64,000 nucleotides of DNA from Nitrospirota bacterium (lineage in GTDB: Bacteria > Nitrospirota > UBA9217). The stretch spans positions 640,001-704,000 of the forward strand of contig CAVVUN010000001.1 in assembly GCA_963751455.1 (NCBI GenBank). The letters run 5' to 3'. Below the pieces are notes generated by a model. The model had not been told where the DNA came from. It did no database searches and saw only the letters and a list, made by a program, of their open reading frames with translations. The position numbers and the translations under genes were made by a program. Of the stretch, positions 39,583 through 51,036 are shown piece after piece (position 1 is the first letter of the stretch; the number at the start of each line of letters is the position of its first letter).

Positions 39583-41010
39583 TCATTCGCTCAGTTTCTT
39601 CTTGAGCAATTGGTTCACCAGGTCCGGGTTCGCCTTCCCTTTGCTCGCCTTCATAACCTGTCCCACAAAGAACCCGAAGAGCTTTTCCTTGCCGGATTTG
39701 AATTCGGCAGCCTGGCCGGGGCTGGCCTTGATCACCTCGTCTATGATCTTCTCGATGGCGCCGGTGTCCGAAACCTGCACGAGGCCCTGCTCCTTGACTA
39801 TCGTCTCGGCGTCCTTTCCGGATTTGTACATCTCTTCGAACACGGTTTTCGCAATCTTGGTGCTGATTACGCCGTTCTCAATCATCTTTATCATGCCCGC
39901 CAGCAGTCCCGGCTTGATCGCAGAGTCGTCAATCTCCCTGGACTCCGCATTCAGGAGACGCATCAACTCTCCCATCATCCAGTTGGACACAACCTTGGGC
40001 TGGCCGGAAAGCGCGGCCGCTTCTTCGAAATACGATGCCATGGCCCTGGTTTGCGTCAGCATGTCGGCGTCATATTCGGGCAGACCGTAATCCTTTGCAA
40101 AACGGGCCCGTTTCGCGTCAGGAAGTTCGGGAATGGTCTTTCCTATGCTTTCAACAGTTTCTCTTGAAACAACGATTGGTACGAGATCCGGCTCCGGGAA
40201 ATAACGGTAGTCGTGGGCCTCTTCCTTGCTCCGCATGGAGAAGGTTACGCCCTTGGTGGAATCAAAAAGTCTTGTTTCCTGGATTACCCTGCCGCCCTCA
40301 TCCAGTATCTGCGCCTGGCGCTTTATCTCGTACTCCAGCGCCTTTTGAACAAACTTGAAGGAGTTTACGTTTTTTATCTCGGCCCTTGTCCCGAACTCTT
40401 TCGCCCCGACCTGCCGGATGGATACGTTCGCGTCGCACCGGAAGTTCCCCTTTTCCATATCCGCGTCGGATACTTCTATATACCGAAGGATCGACCGGAG
40501 CTTTTTCAGATACTCCGATGCTTCTTCGGAGCTGCGAATGTCGGGTTCTGACACGATCTCCATAAGCGGCGTGCCGGCTCGGTTCAGGTCCACGAGACTC
40601 GCGCCGCCCTGCCCGTGAAGGTTCTTTCCGGCGTCTTCTTCGAGATGGATACGCGTGAGCCCGACACGCTTCACCTTCCCGTCGACCACGATCTCGACGT
40701 ACCCGTGCTCGCAAACCGGAAGTTCGTACTGCGAGATCTGGTATCCCTTCGGAAGGTCCGGATAAAAATAATTCTTGCGTGCAAACCTGCTGTAGGGAGT
40801 AACCGTGCAATGCGTGGCGATGCCCGTCTTGACAATGTACTCCACGGCCTTTTTATTCAACACCGGCAGTACGCCCGGCATGCCTATGCAGACCGGACAG
40901 GTGTGCGAGTTCGCTTCTTCGCCGAAGCGGGTTTCGCATCCGCAGAATATCTTCGTCTTTGTCTGGAGCTGCGCATGCACTTCCAGGCCGATCACTGCTT
41001 CGTATTTCAC
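39583..41010 (-). CDS. gatB: Asp/Glu-tRNA amidotransferase subunit B
   Basis: [42 protein letters not shown]. Confidence 0.98.
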   Translation of the reverse strand: MKYEAVIGLEVHAQLQTKTKIFCGCETRFGEEANSHTCPVCIGMPGVLPVLNKKAVEYIVKTGIATHCTVTPYSRFARKNYFYPDLPKGYQISQYELPVCEHGYVEIVVDGKVKRVGLTRIHLEEDAGKNLHGQGGASLVDLNRAGTPLMEIVSEPDIRSSEEASEYLKKLRSILRYIEVSDADMEKGNFRCDANVSIRQVGAKEFGTRAEIKNVNSFKFVQKALEYEIKRQAQILDEGGRVIQETRLFDSTKGVTFSMRSKEEAHDYRYFPEPDLVPIVVSRETVESIGKTIPELPDAKRARFAKDYGLPEYDADMLTQTRAMASYFEEAAALSGQPKVVSNWMMGELMRLLNAESREIDDSAIKPGLLAGMIKMIENGVISTKIAKTVFEEMYKSGKDAETIVKEQGLVQVSDTGAIEKIIDEVIKASPGQAAEFKSGKEKLFGFFVGQVMKASKGKANPDLVNQLLKKKLSE

Positions 41011-41032
41011 GATGTTTTACCTCTTTGCTTAT

Positions 41033-41090
41033 TTGGACCAAGGCAACCATGTTGCCGTTTGTCTTACGCCGACACGGTCGGCTTGCTCCA
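41033..41090. repeat. About 60-bp hairpin element, copy 1 (copy 2 at 43017-43077)
   Basis: ttggacca..caacc...acgccgacacggtcgg(c/a)ttgctccat is shared by both intergenic copies; the ends are imperfectly inverted. Confidence 0.7.
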
Positions 41091-41095
41091 TATCA

Positions 41096-42556
41096 CTACA
41101 GCTTCGGTTTCACCCTGTGCCACTCGGTCGCCTGCTCGTACGCGTACGCCGCATGCAGAATCGCTTCTTCATCGAAGTGCCTGCCGAGCAGCTGGAGCCC
41201 GATCGGCAGATTCGACGGGGTGAACCCGCAGGGTATTGATATCCCCGGGATGCCAGCCAGGTTCACGCTTATCGTGAATATGTCCGACAGGTACATCTGG
41301 AGCGGGTCAGCTGACTTCTCGCCGATTTTGAACGCCGCGCTGGGCGCCGTGGGTGTCGCGATAACGTCAACAGCCTTGAATGCTTCATCGAAATCGCGCT
41401 TGATAAGGGTCCTCACCTGCTGGCCTTTTTTGTAATACGCCTCATAATAGCCGGCCGACAACGCATAGGTGCCCAGCATGATTCTTCGCTTTACCTCGGG
41501 GCCGAAGCCCTGGTCGCGGGTCTTCTTATACATTTCCAGAAGGTCTTTGTAGCCCTCCGCGCGAAAACCGTACTTGACTCCGTCGTATCGGGCGAGATTA
41601 GAACTTGCTTCCGATGTGGCCAGGATGTAGTACGTTGCCACCGCGAAACGTGTGTGCGGAAGCGAAACATCGACAACCCTCGCCCCGAGGCCCTCAAGAG
41701 TCTTAACTGCGTCCCTGACTGCCTTTTCCACTGCGGGATCCATGCCCTCAATAAAGTACTCTTTCGGAAGTCCGATCTTCATGCCTTTGACGTCTTTTTT
41801 GAGCGCTTTCATAAAATCGGGCGATGGTAAGTCTGCCGAGGTTGAGTCTTTCGGGTCATGCCCGCCTATAACGTTCATCAGAAGAGCGCTGTCCGTAACG
41901 TCCTTGGTGATGGGCCCGATCTGGTCGAGCGAGGATGCGAACGCAACCAGGCCGAAACGTGAAACCCTGCCGTACGTCGGTTTCAGCCCCACGACCCCGC
42001 AGCAGGCCGCGGGCTGCCTGATCGACCCCCCCGTGTCTGAACCGAGAGAACCGATGCATTCATCGGCCGCGACCGCAGCAGCCGAACCTCCGCTCGACCC
42101 GCCGGGAATCCGTTCCAGGTCCCATGGATTTTTCGTTATGAAAAAACCGGAATTCTCTGTGGACGATCCCATGGCAAACTCGTCCATGTTCGGCTTACCG
42201 CAGAGAACATAGCCTGCCTGCTTCAGGTTTCGGACAACCGTCGCATCATACGGCGGCACGAAGTTGCCGAGTATCTTGGAAGCGCACGTAGTCTTCACGC
42301 CTTCTGTACACATATTGTCTTTTACGGCGATCGGAATGCCGAGCAGGGGCGAAGAATCATCTCCGGACTTCAACCGTTTGTCCGCCTCCTCGGCCTGCTG
42401 CATGGCTGTCTCTTCAGTAACGGTTATGAACGCCTTCACTTTCCCGTCGACTGCTTTGATCCTCGCAAGCACTGATTCGGTCACGGCGCGGGATGTTGTC
42501 TCGCGCTTCTTAAGCATGTCATGCAATTCATGGATGGTGAGCCGATACAAGTCCAT
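41096..42556 (-). CDS. gatA: Asp/Glu-tRNA amidotransferase subunit A
   Basis: Amidase signature [28 protein letters not shown]. Confidence 0.98.
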   Translation of the reverse strand: MDLYRLTIHELHDMLKKRETTSRAVTESVLARIKAVDGKVKAFITVTEETAMQQAEEADKRLKSGDDSSPLLGIPIAVKDNMCTEGVKTTCASKILGNFVPPYDATVVRNLKQAGYVLCGKPNMDEFAMGSSTENSGFFITKNPWDLERIPGGSSGGSAAAVAADECIGSLGSDTGGSIRQPAACCGVVGLKPTYGRVSRFGLVAFASSLDQIGPITKDVTDSALLMNVIGGHDPKDSTSADLPSPDFMKALKKDVKGMKIGLPKEYFIEGMDPAVEKAVRDAVKTLEGLGARVVDVSLPHTRFAVATYYILATSEASSNLARYDGVKYGFRAEGYKDLLEMYKKTRDQGFGPEVKRRIMLGTYALSAGYYEAYYKKGQQVRTLIKRDFDEAFKAVDVIATPTAPSAAFKIGEKSADPLQMYLSDIFTISVNLAGIPGISIPCGFTPSNLPIGLQLLGRHFDEEAILHAAYAYEQATEWHRVKPKL

Positions 42557-42650
42557 TAAAAGTCCTCATTTCAAATCTCAAGTGAAAATCAAAACTATAA
42601 ATTTCTTTCCAATAATTTGCGATTTGCAATTTAATATTTGCAATCTGCAA

Positions 42651-43001
42651 TTAGCTTTTGACCTTGTTTTTCTCATCCACCAGGACGATCCTCGGTTTGA
42701 ACGTCTTGAGCTCTTCTTCGTTAAAGAACTCGTAGCAGAAAACAATAACCTTGTCGCCTTTGACGCCTTTTCGCGCTGTCGGCCCATTCAGCACCATCTG
42801 TCCGGAACCGGGCTTGCCCGGTATCACGTACGTTTCGAACCGCTCTCCGTTATTCAGGTTTGATACGCTGACCTTCTCGTACGGCAGAATTCCCGCTTTT
42901 TCCAGAAGCAGCGGATCAATGGTCATGCTCCCCTCATACTCGAGGTTCGAGTCCGTCACAGTTGCCCTGTGTATTTTTGATCTCAACATTACTCTGAACA
43001 T
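42651..43001 (-). CDS. panD: Aspartate 1-decarboxylase
   Basis: [22 protein letters not shown] (Gly-Ser self-cleavage site), [13 protein letters not shown]. Confidence 0.95.
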   Translation of the reverse strand: MFRVMLRSKIHRATVTDSNLEYEGSMTIDPLLLEKAGILPYEKVSVSNLNNGERFETYVIPGKPGSGQMVLNGPTARKGVKGDKVIVFCYEFFNEEELKTFKPRIVLVDEKNKVKS

Positions 43002-43016
43002 GTCTTTTATCCTTTT

Positions 43017-43077
43017 TTGGACCAAGACAACCGCATCATCTTATTCTTTCACGCCGACACGGTCGGATTGCTCCATG
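43017..43077. repeat. About 60-bp hairpin element, copy 2
   Basis: See 41033-41090. Confidence 0.7.
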
Positions 43078-43078
43078 G

Positions 43079-43366
43079 TTATTCTATGATCAACGGCACT
43101 CGATAGTGCCCAGCAGTCTTGTCCGGTGCGTTTGCAAGCGCTTTTTCCTGCGCAAGGCTCTCATGCGGAATATCTTCACGCATAACATTGCTGATGTCAA
43201 GCACATGCGAAGTCGGGTCTACCCCTTTGGTATCCAGCTCATTCAATTGCTCTACATAGGTGAGTATATTCGAAAGCTGGTCAATAAGATTTGCCTTTTC
43301 GTTATCGGAGAGTTCGAGCCGCGCCAGGCCCGCAACGTGTTCGACTTCCTGTTTCGTTATTTTCAT
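43079..43366 (-). CDS. gatC: Asp/Glu-tRNA amidotransferase subunit C
   Basis: VEHVAGLARL, ILTYVEQLNELDT, MRED, ANAP. Confidence 0.96.
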   Translation of the reverse strand: MKITKQEVEHVAGLARLELSDNEKANLIDQLSNILTYVEQLNELDTKGVDPTSHVLDISNVMREDIPHESLAQEKALANAPDKTAGHYRVPLIIE

Positions 43367-43387
43367 TCTGACTCCTCAGATTTCTTT

Positions 43388-43471
43388 GGACACGGATTTA
43401 CACGGGAGATTCGGATAATATTTTTCTCTTCTACTTTTTCTCATCCGGTTTTTCAGAACTTATCCGTGTCC
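43388..43471. repeat. Palindromic element with 9-mer (acacggatt-type) arms
   Basis: ggacacggatttacacgg ... tatccgtgtcc. Confidence 0.55.
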
Positions 43472-43483
43472 CGATTTCAGTTT

Positions 43484-45730
43484 TTATATCACTTCCAGGT
43501 TCGCGTACTTCACAGCCAGTGTTTTGACCCCGTGTCCCGGAAAACTTACGCTGATCTTAAGGTCGTCTCCGGCCCCTTCGGACCGCTGTACGGTCCCAAG
43601 CCCGAACTTCGCGTGGCGAACCACAGCCCCTTTATAATACCGCCCGTCCGGGTCTGTTTTCTTTGTCTGATCCGGGACGCAGGCCGCTTCCTTTGCAGGC
43701 TTCGACCCGGTGCTGAACAGGCTGGTGTTCCAGCGCGAATGGTCCCGCATAGCATGGGCATCGAAGCTGTTTCCGCCTCTCTTCTCCATCGCTTCATCAG
43801 GAATCTCCCGGACAAAGCGCGAAACCAGGTTCGCCTGAGGGTAGCCGTACAGTCTCCGTTCGGAAGCATGGGTAAGCACGAGTTTTTCCTTTGCCCGGGT
43901 AATTCCGACGTAGCAAAGCCGCCGCTCTTCTTCAAGTTCCTCCTCGCTCTCCGCGGAACGCGAGTGGGGAAACAAGCCCTCTTCCATCCCCGACATAAAC
44001 ACAACCGCGAACTCGAGGCCCTTCGCATTATGGAGCGTCATCAGAGTAACAGAGTCGTCCCGGCCGCGCCTGTCGTTGCGTGCCGTCTGTTCTTCCGCAT
44101 CGGTAATAAGGGCGACCTGGTCCAGGAAGGCCGCCAGCGAGGCATCCCTGTTCTGTTCCTGAAAATCCTCGGTTGCAGTCATCAGCTCGTTCAGGTTCTC
44201 GAGCCGTATCCGCGCTTCCACCGTTTTATCATGCTCGAGGGCGGCCCCGTATCCCGTTTCGTGGATCACCCTCCGCGCGAGATCGGTTACTGACGCTTTT
44301 CCAAGGTCGGACCGCATTCGTTCCATGACTGTGGTGAATTCACCCAGCTTTCTCCTGGCGGAAGGGGATATGTCTGCTCCATCCGGATTCAGGACCGCAT
44401 CATAGAGGCTGCTTCCGGCCCTGTTTGCCGATTTTTCGAGTTTCTCCACGGTCGTATCGCCGATACCGCGCGCGGGCACGTTGATAATGCGGCGCAGGCT
44501 TACGATATCTGCGGTATTCTGCAGGACGCGCAAATACGCGATAACGTCCTTGATCTCCTTGCGGTCGTAGAACCGCAGACCTCCGAAAATCCGGTAAGGA
44601 AGGCCGCGGTTTCTGAGCGCGTCTTCAAGCGCCCGGGATTGCGCGTTGGTGCGATAGAGCACCGCAATCTCCCGAAGACTCCTGCCTTCGTCGACTTCCT
44701 GCTCGACGGACCTGCAGATAAAACGCGCTTCGTCCTTCTCGTCCTGGGCCTGGTAACAGACAATCTTGTCGCCGCCCGCCTTGCGGGTCCAAAGCTCCTT
44801 GGGTTTTCTTCCCGTATTGCGGGCCACGACCGCCCCCGCCGCGCCAAGTATGTTCTGCGTAGAACGGTAGTTCTGCTCAAGCTTGATCACGCGGGCATCC
44901 GGATAGTCCTTTTCGAAGTTCAGAATATTCGAAATGTCAGCACCGCGAAATTTATAAATGCTCTGGTCGTCGTCTCCGACAACGCACAGGTTTTTCCGGC
45001 TGCCGGTCAGCAGCCGCACGAGCCGGTACTGGGCGTGGTTTGTATCCTGATACTCGTCGATCAGCACATGGTGGAACAGTCCCTGGAAATACCCAAGGAT
45101 ATCGGGATGTCGTTCAAAAAGCCGCACGGTGAGCATCAGCAGGTCGTCGAAATCGACTGCGTCAGATGCCGTCAGCTTTTCCTGGTAGAGTGAATAAACC
45201 CGGGATACCGCCTCGTCGAACCCGAACCCGGCATTCCTTTTCTGGAACTCTTCCGGGTCGGTCAAATTGTTCTTCAGAGCGCTTATTTTAGCGCCGATCG
45301 CCCGCGGCTGATACCGCTCGGCGTCTATGTTCAAATCCGCTGCACAGGCCTTCATCAGCGACGACCTGTCGGTCTCGTCGTAAATAACGAACTGCCGTTT
45401 ATACCCTATCCGGTCGCTGTATTGCCGCAAGACCCTGACGCAGGCCGAGTGGAAAGTGCTGATCCAGAGTCCCCCATATCCGATACCGCGACCCAGCCGC
45501 ACATCGAGCATGCGCTCGAGCCTCTCCCTCATCTCGTTGGCGGCCTTGTTGGTGAAGGTGACGGCGAAGATATGGCCCGGATCGACCCCGCGCTCCCTGA
45601 TCAGATGCGCTATCCTGCAGGTGATGACGCGAGTTTTGCCGCTCCCCGCCCCGGCCAGGATCAACAACGGACCGTCGCCGTACAGCACTGCCTCACGCTG
45701 GGGAGGGTTGAGACTTTCCAGATAATCCAT
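43484..45730 (-). CDS. pcrA: ATP-dependent DNA helicase PcrA/UvrD
   Basis: AGAGSGKT, DEYQD, VGDDDQSIY.FRGA, LEQNYRS, KGLEF, EERRLCYVGITRA, C-terminal Tudor-like domain. Confidence 0.95.
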   Translation of the reverse strand: MDYLESLNPPQREAVLYGDGPLLILAGAGSGKTRVITCRIAHLIRERGVDPGHIFAVTFTNKAANEMRERLERMLDVRLGRGIGYGGLWISTFHSACVRVLRQYSDRIGYKRQFVIYDETDRSSLMKACAADLNIDAERYQPRAIGAKISALKNNLTDPEEFQKRNAGFGFDEAVSRVYSLYQEKLTASDAVDFDDLLMLTVRLFERHPDILGYFQGLFHHVLIDEYQDTNHAQYRLVRLLTGSRKNLCVVGDDDQSIYKFRGADISNILNFEKDYPDARVIKLEQNYRSTQNILGAAGAVVARNTGRKPKELWTRKAGGDKIVCYQAQDEKDEARFICRSVEQEVDEGRSLREIAVLYRTNAQSRALEDALRNRGLPYRIFGGLRFYDRKEIKDVIAYLRVLQNTADIVSLRRIINVPARGIGDTTVEKLEKSANRAGSSLYDAVLNPDGADISPSARRKLGEFTTVMERMRSDLGKASVTDLARRVIHETGYGAALEHDKTVEARIRLENLNELMTATEDFQEQNRDASLAAFLDQVALITDAEEQTARNDRRGRDDSVTLMTLHNAKGLEFAVVFMSGMEEGLFPHSRSAESEEELEEERRLCYVGITRAKEKLVLTHASERRLYGYPQANLVSRFVREIPDEAMEKRGGNSFDAHAMRDHSRWNTSLFSTGSKPAKEAACVPDQTKKTDPDGRYYKGAVVRHAKFGLGTVQRSEGAGDDLKISVSFPGHGVKTLAVKYANLEVI

Positions 45731-45738
45731 AATTTTCA

Positions 45739-45858
45739 TTGCGAATTGCAGATTTCGCCCTGCACTCGCGCAGTCGCACTCGTAAGCGCCGGGTGCAGGC
45801 GGACTGCGGATTTAAACTGCTTTTCAATCCAAAATCCGAAATCCGCAATCCGAAATCG
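45739..45858. repeat. Heptamer-arm palindrome (tgcggat/aatccgc) with a nested 47-bp element at 45756-45802
   Basis: tgcgaattgcagattt[insert]actgcggattt ... aatccaaaatccgaaatccgcaatccgaaat. Confidence 0.65.
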
Positions 45859-47688
45859 TTACTCCACCGTCACGCTCTTTGCCAGGTTTCTCGGCTGGTC
45901 CACGTCCGCTCCCCGCAGCACTGCAATATGGTATGCGAGAAGCTGAAGCGGTACGGACATCAGGATAGGCATCAGCAGCTGATTTGTGGCCGGAATCGGT
46001 ATTGCGTAATCGAGCATGGTTCGGATCTCGTTGTCCCCATCGGTTATGATCGCGATCACGATCCCGCCCCGCGCCTTGACTTCCTGAATATTCCCGAGAA
46101 TCTTGTCGTAAACCCCGTTTTTCCCGGCAAGCACGACAACCGGCATGTTCTCGTCAATCAGCGCGATCGGGCCGTGTTTCATCTCTCCAGCCGGATAGCC
46201 TTCTGCGTGGATGTACGAAATTTCCTTCAGTTTGAGCGCGCCTTCCAGTGCCACGGGGAAATTGGGCCCCCTTCCGAGATAAAGAAAATCGCTGGATTTA
46301 AAATATCGTTTCGCGATCTGGTCAATGTTCTCATTTTCCTCAAGGCACCGCTCGATCAATGAGGGTATGTGCACAAGGTCCGCGAGTCTTGTTTTCATGT
46401 CGTCGACGCTCACCGTGCCGCGCTGCCGCGCGAAAAAGAGCGAAAAGATATACAGCGCTGTAAGCTGTGCCGTGAAAGCCTTGGTCGAAGCTACGCCGAT
46501 TTCAGGCCCTGCGTGAGTATAGACCACGCCGTCGGCCTCGCGGCTTGCGGTCGAGCCCACGACATTACAGATCGCAATTACGGTGGCGCCCTTCTTTTTC
46601 GCTTCGCGCATGGCTGCAAGCGTGTCGGCGGTCTCTCCCGACTGGGTGATCGCGATGAACAGAGTGTCTTTGCCGACAAGCGGGCACCGGTAACGAAATT
46701 CCGAGGCGATATCGACTTCGGTCGGGATGCACGCAACTTCCTCGAACATATACTTGCCCACAAGCCCGGCATGCCACGATGTGCCGCAGGCCACGATGAA
46801 TATTTTTTTCACGCCGCTCAAACGCTCCGGGCCAAGCCCGATCTCTTCCAGGTGGATTTCACCGGTGTCCTGCGATATCCTGCCCCTGATCGTGTCCATG
46901 ACCGCCCGGGGCTGCTCATATATCTCCTTGAGCATGAAGTGACGGTAACCGCCCTTCTCCGCCATTACCGGGTTCCACATTACGCGCGTGATTTCACGTG
47001 TCAGTTCGGTGCCGGCAAGGTCCGTTATCCTGACGCCTTCACCCGACAGCACCACCATCTCGTCGTCGTTCAGAAACAGCATGTCCCTGGTGCGGTGCAG
47101 TACGGCCGGAATATCCGACGCGAGAAAGAATTCTCCCTGTCCCAGTCCGACCACCAGCGGACTGCCCTTGCGCGCGCCGATCACAACATCGGGTTCCCGT
47201 TCATCTATAACAGCCATCGCATACGCGCCTTCGAGGTGTTTGGCCGCTTCCCTCACTGCCTGTTCGAGCTTCATTCCGTTCCGGGCTATGCTGTCGATCA
47301 GATGTGCGATCACTTCGGTGTCCGTCTCAGACTGGAACTTCCTGCCCTGTGCTGAGAGGTCTCTCTTCAGGGACAAATAGTTTTCAATGATCCCGTTGTG
47401 CACTACGACAACGCTGCCTGCCCGATGAGGGTGGGCGTTCTCTTCAGACGGCCTCCCGTGCGTAGCCCATCGCACGTGGCCGACGCCGACGCTGCCCGAG
47501 AGCGATTCGCCCCGCAGAAGCGTTTCAAGGTTCTGCAGCTTGCCGACGGCCCTGCGTACTTCGACCTTTCCGTTCTGGAGCACAGCTACGCCGGAGGAAT
47601 CATAGCCCCGGTACTCAAGCTTCTTCAAGCCTTCAATAAGGATGGGAACCGCTGAATCCCTGCCTATATAACCGATAATACCGCACAT
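45859..47688 (-). CDS. glmS: Glutamine-fructose-6-phosphate aminotransferase
   Basis: [27 protein letters not shown]-terminal [11 protein letters not shown]. Confidence 0.99.
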   Translation of the reverse strand: MCGIIGYIGRDSAVPILIEGLKKLEYRGYDSSGVAVLQNGKVEVRRAVGKLQNLETLLRGESLSGSVGVGHVRWATHGRPSEENAHPHRAGSVVVVHNGIIENYLSLKRDLSAQGRKFQSETDTEVIAHLIDSIARNGMKLEQAVREAAKHLEGAYAMAVIDEREPDVVIGARKGSPLVVGLGQGEFFLASDIPAVLHRTRDMLFLNDDEMVVLSGEGVRITDLAGTELTREITRVMWNPVMAEKGGYRHFMLKEIYEQPRAVMDTIRGRISQDTGEIHLEEIGLGPERLSGVKKIFIVACGTSWHAGLVGKYMFEEVACIPTEVDIASEFRYRCPLVGKDTLFIAITQSGETADTLAAMREAKKKGATVIAICNVVGSTASREADGVVYTHAGPEIGVASTKAFTAQLTALYIFSLFFARQRGTVSVDDMKTRLADLVHIPSLIERCLEENENIDQIAKRYFKSSDFLYLGRGPNFPVALEGALKLKEISYIHAEGYPAGEMKHGPIALIDENMPVVVLAGKNGVYDKILGNIQEVKARGGIVIAIITDGDNEIRTMLDYAIPIPATNQLLMPILMSVPLQLLAYHIAVLRGADVDQPRNLAKSVTVE

Positions 47689-47716
47689 TGATCTTTACTC
47701 CAATTCTTAGAATCAC

Positions 47717-47847
47717 TAACTACTCACCCAAAAAGACTTTGGTCCGCAGATTTCACAGATGAACGCAGATTAATACCGGAATTCTGATTTGCTTTTATCC
47801 GCGTAATCTGCGCAATCTGCGGATAAAAAATGACCTGAGCAGTTACA
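47717..47847. repeat. Nested palindromic elements between glmU and glmS
   Basis: Outer ends taactactca / tgagcagtta; inner tccgcagatttcacagatgaacgcagat ... atccgcgtaatctgcgcaatctgcgga (47743-47823). Confidence 0.6.
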
Positions 47848-47871
47848 ATTTATTTATAATTCAGGTGCTTG

Positions 47872-49269
47872 TTATTTGGTATTTCTGTCGTTTTTCTGTC
47901 TCATGCGCCTTCTCCGGCTGGCAAAACCTTCGCGGACGTCCTGGGGTGCGCGACTGATGGCGAGCGCATCCGGGGGAACATTGCGGGTTATGGTTGCGCC
48001 CGCAGCGATGAGCGCTCCCTTCCCGATTGTTACGGGCGCAACCAGCTGTGCGTCGCTCCCGACGAACACGCCGTCTTCGATCACGGTCGGATACTTATCG
48101 AACCCGTCGTAGTTGCACGTGATCACCCCGGCGCCGATATTAACGTCTCTGCCGATTGTAGCGTCGCCGATATACGAAAGGTGGTTCGCTTTACTGCCTT
48201 CACCGACCGTCGATTTCTTTACTTCCACGAAATTGCCGATCCTCGCCCGTTCCCCGATGACGCATCCCGGCCGCAGGTGTGCAAAGGGACCGATTGAAGC
48301 ACCGGCTGCAATATCGCTCTCTTCGATCACCGAACAGTCCTTCACGGTGACGCTCCGGCCGATAACGCTTTTCTCGATGCGGGAACCGGAATACACAATG
48401 CAGCCCTCGCCGAGCCTGGTCCTGCCTTCCAGACGGACATTCGGATACAGAATAGTATCTCGACCCAGCAGGACCTCGTCCCCGATAAAGGTACTGTCCG
48501 GGTCGATCATCGTCACGCCTTCGAGCATCCATTTCCTGTTAATCCGATCGCGCATGAGCGCTTCGGCCCTGCTCAGATCTTCTCTGGTGTTCACCCCAAG
48601 AACTTCATCGACAGTGTCGCATACGAGGGCCGAGACCTTTAATCTTCTTTTCCGGGCAAGGGCAATCGTGTCCGGGAGATAATATTCGCCCTGGGCGTTG
48701 TTTTTTCCGAGGCGGTCGAGAGCAGCGAGAAGAAAATTCTTTTCAAAACAGTAGATGCCCGCGTTGATTTCCCTGATTTTTTTCTGCGTGCGGCTGGCGT
48801 CCTTTTCCTCGATGATCCGGGCAACACCGGATCTGGACCGCACAACCCTTCCGTATCCGAAAGGGTCGTCGACCTCGGCCGTAATCAAAGTTACCGCAGC
48901 CCGGGTCTTTTCGTGAAGCGAGATCGTACGTTTCAACGTGTCCACGGTAAGCAGAGGGGTATCGGCGCACAGGATCATCACGGGACCTGAAGCCGCGGCT
49001 ATCGACTCTTTCGCCTGGCGTACCGCATGGCCTGTTCCAAGCTGCTCGTGCTGAAGCACGTATTCCGGCTTGTAGTCCTCAACGGCTTTTTTCACCGTGT
49101 CAGCCTGATGACCCAGAACGAGGATTATTTTGCCCGGTTCCAACGCGGTTGCGGCGTTCAGTACATGATGGACCAGCGGGCGGCCTGCAACAGAATGAAG
49201 CGCCTTGGCGGTTACGGACTTCATGCGGGTGCCCAGTCCCGCGGCAAGAACGACGACGGTCGGCTTCAC
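47872..49269 (-). CDS. glmU: Bifunctional UDP-GlcNAc pyrophosphorylase/GlcN-1-P acetyltransferase
   Basis: LAAGLGTRMKS, QLGTGHA, EYYL.D, GNFVEVK, HLSYIGD, NYDG. Confidence 0.98.
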   Translation of the reverse strand: MKPTVVVLAAGLGTRMKSVTAKALHSVAGRPLVHHVLNAATALEPGKIILVLGHQADTVKKAVEDYKPEYVLQHEQLGTGHAVRQAKESIAAASGPVMILCADTPLLTVDTLKRTISLHEKTRAAVTLITAEVDDPFGYGRVVRSRSGVARIIEEKDASRTQKKIREINAGIYCFEKNFLLAALDRLGKNNAQGEYYLPDTIALARKRRLKVSALVCDTVDEVLGVNTREDLSRAEALMRDRINRKWMLEGVTMIDPDSTFIGDEVLLGRDTILYPNVRLEGRTRLGEGCIVYSGSRIEKSVIGRSVTVKDCSVIEESDIAAGASIGPFAHLRPGCVIGERARIGNFVEVKKSTVGEGSKANHLSYIGDATIGRDVNIGAGVITCNYDGFDKYPTVIEDGVFVGSDAQLVAPVTIGKGALIAAGATITRNVPPDALAISRAPQDVREGFASRRRRMRQKNDRNTK

Positions 49270-49955
49270 TGCAGCACACCCCCCGGAACGACATGTCCTG
49301 GTGCGGCTTGCTTGGCGCGATTGAAGGTGTCCGGGTCGGTAATAGGAACAAGGCCCAGGGAGATAATAAATTTCATGCCCTGCTCCACGGTCATATCGAG
49401 CTGAATTATCTCGGATTCAGGCAGAATGAGGAGGAACCCGGCGGTCGGGTTCGGGGTGGTTGGGACGAACACACTTACAAACTTGCCGTTCAAACCGATC
49501 GATGTGCCCTGCATTTCTCCGGTCATGAAACCCATGCTCCAGCAGCCCTTGCGCGGGTATTCGACCAGTGCCACTCCATGGAAATTATGCTTCACTGAGA
49601 AGGTCTCCATGATCTGCTTGATCGTGGTATACACGCCGCGAACCAGCGGGACCTTCTGCATCAGGTTATCGCTGTACCGGACAAGGCGGGTTCCCATATA
49701 GTTAGCGGAAAGCATGCCGATGGTCAGCACGACGACAATCAGCGTGATTATGCCCAATCCCGGAAATTTGAGTCCGAAAAAATACGTCGGAACATCGCCT
49801 AATATGCCGTCTATAACTCCGAGAAGGGCGGAAAGCACATAATACGTCGCCCAAATAGGAATCATAACGAGCAGCCCGGTGATAAAATATTTTTTGAAGA
49901 AGTCGTTGATTTTTTTCACGTTGATAATATTACTGATTTTGTCTCCTGGTTGCAA
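49266..49955 (-). CDS. DUF502 membrane protein
   Basis: FITGLLV.IP, VEYPRKG, VFVPTTPNPTAGF; start uncertain. Confidence 0.88.
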   Translation of the reverse strand: MQPGDKISNIINVKKINDFFKKYFITGLLVMIPIWATYYVLSALLGVIDGILGDVPTYFFGLKFPGLGIITLIVVVLTIGMLSANYMGTRLVRYSDNLMQKVPLVRGVYTTIKQIMETFSVKHNFHGVALVEYPRKGCWSMGFMTGEMQGTSIGLNGKFVSVFVPTTPNPTAGFLLILPESEIIQLDMTVEQGMKFIISLGLVPITDPDTFNRAKQAAPGHVVPGGVLQ

Positions 49956-50139
49956 GCTTTTTTTCGGGAAAAATTGAATGTTTTGCGCTATTTTGCGAAA
50001 GAAACGTTTTCAAATTGTAAAAAAAGAAGGCGTCTCCAGACCATCCTCCGGGAAACTAAGCGGGGCGCCCGCAGCTGTAGCAACAAGGCATTTCTTTTGG
50101 AAGGAAATCGGAGAAACTACGAAAAGGAATGACGATAAA

Positions 50140-50670
50140 TTACCATGTATTGTAAGCCGTGCCATCGACAGCAAGCAGGTCACTGGCGCTATGCACATCG
50201 AATACGCCGCCATCTGCGCCATCGGCCGGACTGACCGTAATCCAGTCGGCTTCACCGGTGAAAGGGTCCTTCGGCAAATCGCGCAGATAGCTGCGGGAGC
50301 GGTCTTCGCTATTTATCAGATCTGCCAGCTGCTCAGGGTACTTGCCGCTGTCCGCGTAAAACTGATCGATCGCCTCCCGCATCTGGAACAGGTCCTCTTT
50401 CAAAACCGACTCCCTGGCCTTGACAATCGACTGTTTCAGGTTGGGCTGAGCGATCGTAATCAGGATGCCCATGATCGCCATAACTATCATGAGCTCGAGC
50501 AGGGTAAAGCCGTTTGATTTCGGATTGCAGATACTTGCACCCGATGCCTTCGAGTGCGTCGGCGCGAGAGTGGGGTGTTCGGATTGCGGATTGCTACTGC
50601 CAAACGGCGCACGCATCTTTTCCTGCCTGTTTGAGTTTTTCTCGATTATTCTCATAAGCCATCTGATCAT
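50140..50670 (-). CDS. Type II secretion pseudopilin (OxpG/GspG-like)
   Basis: Class III prepilin site G-FTLLE; ARESVLKEDLFQMREAIDQFYAD.GKYP, YLR.LP.DPFT. Confidence 0.88.
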   Translation of the reverse strand: MIRWLMRIIEKNSNRQEKMRAPFGSSNPQSEHPTLAPTHSKASGASICNPKSNGFTLLELMIVMAIMGILITIAQPNLKQSIVKARESVLKEDLFQMREAIDQFYADSGKYPEQLADLINSEDRSRSYLRDLPKDPFTGEADWITVSPADGADGGVFDVHSASDLLAVDGTAYNTW

Positions 50671-50906
50671 ATGGACTTGCCGTCTTTCATAGCTATGCTT
50701 TATGCAAAGATATTTTTACTCAATCCGCCTGCACCCAGCCTGTGCCCAGCGATTACGAGTGCATTTGCGCGAGTGCAGGGTACGTTTATGAGACCCTTGA
50801 TTCCCGTCTCTGCGGTCATTGATTCCCGTCGCACGTATCTCAGCGCGATGGCCGATAAAGAGTCTAAGCCTTACTCAGCGAGATGGTACGACAATGAGTC
50901 TAAGTA

Positions 50907-51036
50907 GAGTTTGTATTTTAACTTCCATTTCATCATGTACCGTCATTCCAGCGAAAGCTGGAATCCAGTCTTTTCATAACCTTCTGGATGCCGGATCAAG
51001 TCCGGCATGACAAAGAAGACATTTAAAAACAGACTC
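50907..51036. mobile_element. MITE with imperfect 15-bp TIRs, 6-bp target duplication TAAGTA and an internal CGTC-type REP doublet
   Basis: gagtttgtattttaa versus reverse complement of right end gagtctgtttttaaa (12/15). taagta at 50901-50906 and 51037-51042. Internal cgtcattccagcgaaagctggaatccag...ctggatgccggatcaagtccggcatgac. Confidence 0.7.

Noticed and set aside
47689-47871. glmS ribozyme upstream of glmS
   Set aside because: The spacer is filled by nested palindromic repeats and I see no ribozyme core sequence; a covariance-model search would be decisive.
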